DNA from: Treponemataceae bacterium
GTDB taxonomy: Bacteria > Spirochaetota > Spirochaetia > Treponematales > Rectinemataceae
Reading direction: 5' to 3'
DNA: 64,000 nt
NCBI GenBank assembly: GCA_963667725.2
Contig: CAXXHO010000003.1
Location: 2,272,001-2,336,000 of the forward strand
Part shown: positions 59,038-64,000 of the stretch, one piece after another
Layout of the letters: every line of letters starts with the position of its first letter
How positions within the stretch are numbered: position 1 is the stretch's first letter
Notes under the pieces: generated by a model
Databases searched by the model: none
Told to the model about the DNA's origin: nothing
Seen by the model: the letters and a program-made list of their open reading frames with translations, nothing else
Translations under genes and position numbers: made by a program

Positions 59038-60153
59038 ATGAAAAATGAGTGCGTCGAGAAGGAAGATGGCAATGCTTCCTCTCCCAAACTGATAAAGAGC
59101 GTTTTCCTCGCGCTTCTCGCGGGACTCCTGATCAATGTCTTCATGGGACTTCTCGTCGATTTCAGGGAGCTCGGCACGGCATTCAAGGAAGCGTCGATCC
59201 TGAGCGTCGTGGCGCCCTTTCTCCTCATTTTCATGATCTATCTGATAGATACCTTACGCTATCGACTGATATTCCGAAAGTTCGACATCAAGCTATCGTT
59301 CAGGGATGGTCTTTACAACAATGTCATCGGCTACTTTTTTTCCAACATCACGCCCGGTTCTGTGGGCGGTCAGCCTTTCCAGGTATACCACTTCGCCAAG
59401 CTGGGGCTGGATTCGACGGTTTCCTCAAATATCGTCTTCTCAAGGCTGATCGAGAGCAATTTCGTCCAGCTCCTCATCGTGATTCTTTTTTTCAATAAGG
59501 GCATCGGCATGATGTCGGGCATAGGAAAAGGCGCCTACCTCCTGGGCGCCGGCATGATCATCACCCTCGTGGCGACGGTCGTCCTCGTCCTGGGTTTCCT
59601 CAATCCTCACTTCCTGGGTGTCATCGCCCTCAAGCTGGAAAAATCCTGGCTTGGCAGACTTATTGCCAGGCTCACCAAGGACTCCTGCTGGGCGGAAAAA
59701 ATGTCCGTTTGGAGCCAGGGGCTGGGAGAGGGTTTTAAAGTATTGTGGAGCAAGAACATGGCCACGATGCTGCTCGATATTCTCATCTTCATGGTGGAAC
59801 AGATGCTCTGGGCCATGACGCTCTATGTGCCGCTCTGCATTCTTACCGGCGCGGCACAGCCGTTTCCGGAATTTCTTCTGTCGTTCATCCTCTGCGGTCT
59901 TGTTTCGCTCTTCATCCCAACGCCCGGCGCTGCGGGAAGCATCGAGGCTTCCTACCTTCTCGTCCTGAGCGCCCTGACGGGAAAACCCGCCGCGACGATG
60001 AGCGCCATCCTCATCTGGCGTTTCGGCGCCTACTACATACATTTACTGGTGGGTGGGCTCACCTACTTTTTCATACCGACGAGAAAAGCTGTCTACACCC
60101 TTGGCGAGGACGGCGTGCTCTGCCACATCAGACCCGATCGCCGCCGTCATTAA
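59038..60153 (+). CDS. Lysylphosphatidylglycerol synthase TM / flippase-like (UPF0104) protein
   Basis: FFSNITPGSVGGQP, PTPGAAGSIE, IWRF..YY; multiple TM segments. Confidence 0.85.
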   Translation: MKNECVEKEDGNASSPKLIKSVFLALLAGLLINVFMGLLVDFRELGTAFKEASILSVVAPFLLIFMIYLIDTLRYRLIFRKFDIKLSFRDGLYNNVIGYFFSNITPGSVGGQPFQVYHFAKLGLDSTVSSNIVFSRLIESNFVQLLIVILFFNKGIGMMSGIGKGAYLLGAGMIITLVATVVLVLGFLNPHFLGVIALKLEKSWLGRLIARLTKDSCWAEKMSVWSQGLGEGFKVLWSKNMATMLLDILIFMVEQMLWAMTLYVPLCILTGAAQPFPEFLLSFILCGLVSLFIPTPGAAGSIEASYLLVLSALTGKPAATMSAILIWRFGAYYIHLLVGGLTYFFIPTRKAVYTLGEDGVLCHIRPDRRRH

Positions 60154-60159
60154 AGGATC

Positions 60160-60951
60160 TCAGGCTAATCCGCCCAGAAGCAGGCCCATGCCATAGGCAG
60201 CCGCCGCGGCGATGCCTCCGACAAAGAGCATTTCCAGTCCCGACACGAGCCAGCTTTTGCCGGTGATCGTCGTCTTGAAAGCCCCAAGGCCGAAAAGCGT
60301 GGCGCCGGTGAGCAGGCACGCAAGGGTAAACTGCGCGCTCTTGAGCGCCGGTATGAAAAGAGCGAGTACATAAGCCGCGATCGGCAGGAAGCCGAATATG
60401 GCGAAGGAAAGAAAGGTGGCGAGCGCGTTCCCCATGGGGGATTCATCGTTCGGCATGATTCCCAGTTCTTCCACCATCATCGTATCCACCCAGGATTCCT
60501 TGTCCTTAGCGATGATCTCGACCACTGCGCTCGCGTCCTGGGCCGACATTCCCCTCGCCTCATAGATCTCCATCAATTCGCGCTTTTCGCCTTCGGGATA
60601 GTTTTCCACTTCCCAGGCTTCGCGTTCCCTCTCGGCGGCTTCGTATTCGCTTTCGCTCTTGGAAGAGAGGTAGTCGCCGATCGACATCGAAAGTCCGTCG
60701 GCCACCAGGTTCGCGAGCCCCATGATGAGCACGATTCCCGGGGAAAGGGCAGCTCCGGCCACGCCGGCGACAGCCGCGAAGGTGGTGATCGTGCCGTCCA
60801 GGCCGCCGTAGATAACGCTCTTGATGTATTTTCCGCGCCCTGTCGTGTGCTGTTCATTCGCGCTGCCCGAAGGCATATGGGCCTTTTTGGCCGCGGCGGC
60901 GTCCTTGGTTTTCCAGGCTTCCCTGGCTTCGTCCAACCTTCGTGTCAGCAT
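60160..60951 (-). CDS. VIT1/CCC1 family Fe2+/Mn2+ transporter
   Basis: IYGGLDG, GLANLVADGLSMSIGDYLS, Glu-rich EREREAWE..PEGE..E, MMVEELG. Confidence 0.92.
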   Translation of the reverse strand: MLTRRLDEAREAWKTKDAAAAKKAHMPSGSANEQHTTGRGKYIKSVIYGGLDGTITTFAAVAGVAGAALSPGIVLIMGLANLVADGLSMSIGDYLSSKSESEYEAAEREREAWEVENYPEGEKRELMEIYEARGMSAQDASAVVEIIAKDKESWVDTMMVEELGIMPNDESPMGNALATFLSFAIFGFLPIAAYVLALFIPALKSAQFTLACLLTGATLFGLGAFKTTITGKSWLVSGLEMLFVGGIAAAAAYGMGLLLGGLA

Positions 60952-61463
60952 CAGCGTTTCTCCTTGGGAGCGGGCGTCTCGATGAGTCCCAGCCCCTGGC
61001 GAAGCGCTCCGAGATGCCAGGCCGCGTGGGCGATATTACCGATCATGCCGAAGACTCTCTTGTCCGAACTCCATACGGCGGGGTCGGATATAGCCGTCTT
61101 GAGCGTTTCGAATTCCAGCCTCAGGGAGTCCTGGAACTCCTTCCACATCGTTTCGCTTACGGCTGTCGCCGCCCAGCTGCCTTTCCAATCAGCGTCGCGA
61201 TAGGGATTCTCTCCCTTCATCGCCCTGTTGGCGAGGCTGAGGGCGTAATGGAGATGCGAGGCGTGCGATGCCGCCGTGGCGGCGTCTCCCGCGGTGAGCG
61301 GAACCGAAGCCTCGGCCGCGGAAAGATTTTTCAGCGTGCCAAGTATCCCGGAATCGGGATCCTCATCGGTGAACCAGCTGCCCCCGCCGGAGGGACCAGC
61401 GAAGGCTTCGTTGAGAAGGAGGGCGACGCCTTGAGAGAGCAATTCAGCATTGACGATTCCCAT
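60951..61463 (-). CDS. DinB-like four-helix metalloprotein
   Basis: LSA.EAS, ASH..HL, C-terminal H..WHLGALRQ; GGAGG RBS before ATG 61463. Confidence 0.7.
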   Translation of the reverse strand: MGIVNAELLSQGVALLLNEAFAGPSGGGSWFTDEDPDSGILGTLKNLSAAEASVPLTAGDAATAASHASHLHYALSLANRAMKGENPYRDADWKGSWAATAVSETMWKEFQDSLRLEFETLKTAISDPAVWSSDKRVFGMIGNIAHAAWHLGALRQGLGLIETPAPKEKR

Positions 61464-61629
61464 TTTTATCCTCCACTGCGAATATACTGCCTCGAGGCCG
61501 CATTTGGAACTCCCGCGAATGATTCCCGACTCGCCCGCGACAGCGCCCGCGGCGACGCCGGGGTCTTGAGGAAAACACTTGTGGCCTCGAATCAATGGAG
61601 CTACCATATATGAACAGGCGCCCTTAAAA

Positions 61630-63360
61630 ATGACGGAAAAAATTCAATACCAATTTGTTCCTTACCTGATTCCTCTGGCCGCGTCGGCGCTGATGAGTCT
61701 GGGCCTGTCGCTTTATGGGTTTGCCCATTGGCGGACCCATGGCGCCAGGGAATTGACGCTCTGCACGATGGTGAGCGCCATGTGGGCGGGAGCGAACGCC
61801 TTCGAGATTGCCGGCATCGACCTTTCGACCAAGCTTTTCTGGGCTAACCTTCAGTACACCGCGTTTTCCATGGTTCCGCTTACCTGCCTCGCCATGGTCC
61901 TGCGTTTCTCGGACAAAGATCGGTTCCTGACATGGAGCAGGTCCTTGCCTGCCCTGATAATCCCCATCGCGACATCGATCCTTGTTTGGTTCGATCCGCT
62001 TCTGGGCCTTGTGAGGCATTCGTTTTCTCTCGATACGCAAGGCGCCTTCTCCGTAATCGCCAAGGAATTCGGACCGTGGTTCTGGATACATTGCGCTTAT
62101 TCCTATGGGGTCATGCTGTCCGCAATACTCGTGCTGATCGGAACGCTCCGCGAAAAAGGCACCTGCTACCGCCGACAGGCAGCCGTCTTTCTTATAGGAT
62201 TCGGACTCGTATTCATGGTGAATATTTCCTATGTCCTGAGGCTGGGTCCGATCCGGCGATTCGATCTCACGCCGATCGTGCTCTCCCTCTCCGCCATGAT
62301 CTTCTGGCACGGGATATTCCGATACAGGCTCTACACGATTCTTCCGGTCGCGCGGAATACGGTCTTTGAGAGAATTGCTAATGGCATCCTGGTCATCGAC
62401 AAGGATGGAGTTTTGATCGACTGCAATGACGCGGCCCAGCGGATATTCAGTCTGGATGTCGGGACCTGCATCGGGCAAAACCTTCGCGAGCTTCACCCTG
62501 AGCTTCTCGCGACGGTGGACGCCAACAAACCTTTCAGCGATGGAAGTTTCCTGACGTTCCAGAACGAGCTGCGCGTCGTCAATGGCGAAAGCGAGAATTT
62601 CTACAGTCTATCTGCTTCCCATCTCCTCGACTCGCGCGACTCCGACGCGTTGGTGCTGGTCGTGACGGATATCGGCGAGTTCCGGAATGCCCACAATCAG
62701 ATACTCAAACAACGTGAGGAATTGGCCGCGGCCGCGGAGAAAGACAAGCTTGGACAGGAAATGCATGACACCATGGGTCAGATGCTCAATTTCGCCCTAA
62801 TTCAGTGTGACGAAGCCCTGCGGGAAATGGAAAAGAACAACCTCAAGGCGGCTTCGGCCGCCATGACGCGGCAGCGGAGACTGTTGACGACGTCGCAGGG
62901 CGATCTGCGCAATTTCGTCCATGAAACGCGCGAAGCCAAATACCTGAATGTCTCCCTTTCCGGCCTCCTCGAGAAGGAAGTCGCCAGCTTCTCGCAATGC
63001 TGCGATATTCCGGTTTCCATAAGGATTTCGCAGGCGATGAGAACCTATCCCTTTTCCATATTCCAGAAAATCAACATGGTCAGAGCGGTGAAGGAAGCGC
63101 TCAACAACATCGCCAGGTACGCGAACGCCACGAATATAATCATCAGTCTTGAATCAAGCGCCGAAGGAATCAACCTCAGCATCGAAGACGATGGCATTGG
63201 CCTCGATCTCGAAGGGAAGGATCGGCTGTGCCGTGATGGCCTGGATATGATAGAAGAGCGGGCTCTCGCGCTTGGCGGGAAGCGGGTGATCGAATCGAAA
63301 TGCGGGGAGGGCACGCGCCTAACGCTGGTGTTTCCCATGACTGCCTTGGCCAAACCGTGA
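61630..63360 (+). CDS. Sensor histidine kinase: HisKA_7TM + PAS + HisKA_3 + HATPase
   Basis: Seven TM N-terminus (GPWFW.H..YSY, DLTP), D.N.AA PAS motif, EMHDTMGQ H-box, EALNNIARYA, DDGIG, G.GT. Confidence 0.88.
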   Translation: MTEKIQYQFVPYLIPLAASALMSLGLSLYGFAHWRTHGARELTLCTMVSAMWAGANAFEIAGIDLSTKLFWANLQYTAFSMVPLTCLAMVLRFSDKDRFLTWSRSLPALIIPIATSILVWFDPLLGLVRHSFSLDTQGAFSVIAKEFGPWFWIHCAYSYGVMLSAILVLIGTLREKGTCYRRQAAVFLIGFGLVFMVNISYVLRLGPIRRFDLTPIVLSLSAMIFWHGIFRYRLYTILPVARNTVFERIANGILVIDKDGVLIDCNDAAQRIFSLDVGTCIGQNLRELHPELLATVDANKPFSDGSFLTFQNELRVVNGESENFYSLSASHLLDSRDSDALVLVVTDIGEFRNAHNQILKQREELAAAAEKDKLGQEMHDTMGQMLNFALIQCDEALREMEKNNLKAASAAMTRQRRLLTTSQGDLRNFVHETREAKYLNVSLSGLLEKEVASFSQCCDIPVSIRISQAMRTYPFSIFQKINMVRAVKEALNNIARYANATNIIISLESSAEGINLSIEDDGIGLDLEGKDRLCRDGLDMIEERALALGGKRVIESKCGEGTRLTLVFPMTALAKP

Positions 63361-63419
63361 AAATGGGATTACAATAGATAAAATTCGGACTTCTCGAGTC
63401 CCAACAAGGAGCATTCATC

Positions 63420-64000
63420 ATGAAAGCGCTGAAGGAATCCACGACCGTATTGGTCCTCAACTGCGGCAGCTCGTCCCTGAAATACGAGGTGTTCCGCATG
63501 CCGGCACGCGAAAGCCTCGGCAAGGGACTCGTGGAACGCATCGGCGAGGCGGGAAGTTTTCTGGCGCAGAGTTCCCCTAAAGGGACGATCAGGGTCGAGG
63601 AGCCGATGGCCGATCATGGGCTCGCCATGGCCAGAGTCGCTAAAGCGCTCATCGATCCCAAATATGGAATTATCGGCGACATAGACGAAATCGACGCCGT
63701 CGGCCACAGGGTCGTGCATGGAGGCGAGAGGTTTTCGTCCTCCGTCGTCATAGACGAGACGGTATTGAAGGCCATCGAGGCGAACATCGAGCTCGCCCCC
63801 CTCCATAATCCCGCCAACCTCACCGGCATCCGCGAGGCGATGAAGATGCTTCCCGGCAAGCCCAATGTTGCCGTCTTCGACACCGCTTTCCACCAGACCA
63901 TGCCGCCGGCGGCCTACCTCTACGGCCTGCCCCGCGAGCTTTACGAAAAATATAAAATCCGCCGCTATGGGTTTCATGGCACGAGCCACCGCTACGTGGC
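63420..64000 (+). CDS. ackA: Acetate kinase, 3'-truncated by the window (absent from the ORF track)
   Basis: Translated by hand: MKALKESTTVLVLNCGSSSLKY..., VGHRVVHGG, LAPLHNPAN, VFDTAFHQT, RRYGFHGTSH; AAGGAG RBS. Confidence 0.96.
   Translation, partial: MKALKESTTVLVLNCGSSSLKYEVFRMPARESLGKGLVERIGEAGSFLAQSSPKGTIRVEEPMADHGLAMARVAKALIDPKYGIIGDIDEIDAVGHRVVHGGERFSSSVVIDETVLKAIEANIELAPLHNPANLTGIREAMKMLPGKPNVAVFDTAFHQTMPPAAYLYGLPRELYEKYKIRRYGFHGTSHRYV

Noticed and set aside
63369..63989. 206-aa minus-strand ORF in the ORF track
   Set aside because: Shadow of ackA, which is on the plus strand and runs off the window
1..64000. CRISPR array, cas genes, IS transposases, prophage genes, sigma54 -24/-12 sites
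   Set aside because: None recognised by eye; almost all of the window is accounted for by identifiable genes with short spacers

Overview
GC-rich bacterial chromosomal window that reads like a free-living or anaerobic spirochaete (Treponematales-like). The taxon is an inference from the rpoN-hpf-hprK-ptsH...lexA-holA order, the ApbE lipoprotein, the AroD-AroE fusion and a stand-alone DbpA-RBD protein. Left to right: (1) the end of a peptide ABC operon with UroD/MtaA-fold, C45 and atypical M24 enzymes; (2) a GH13 gene coupled to an AT-richer RhuM-Fic/Doc gene, preceded by a short HsdR-like relic; (3) LUD-domain gene, crcB, an Fe3+/AfuA-type ABC transporter and a membrane 4Fe-4S protein; (4) a GH88/oxidoreductase/TTT sugar-acid catabolic locus; (5) a tightly coupled flavin reductase-cobU-cbiR-cobS-cobD-cbiB cobamide salvage/remodelling operon; (6) csoR-copA-copZ; (7) a J-domain/zinc-ribbon pair converging on grpE-dnaK-dnaJ; (8) the rpoN operon, ClC, lexA-holA-traB, ppaC, GH36, pth, era and aroDE; (9) MBL-apbE, PAP2, tRNA-Leu(CAA), a secreted protein with a flavinylation motif and a POTRA-less Omp85-like barrel; (10) VIT1/DinB, an orphan 7TM histidine kinase and the start of ackA. 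No CRISPR array, integrase or transposase was seen. Best leads: a possible ApbE/flavoprotein/outer-membrane-barrel redox module, the CbiR operon with a CobR-like flavin reductase, two uncharacterised catabolic loci, a shared 20-bp operator at two promoters and a small dispersed GACAGGA repeat family. All functional calls come from motif recognition by eye; no searches were run.
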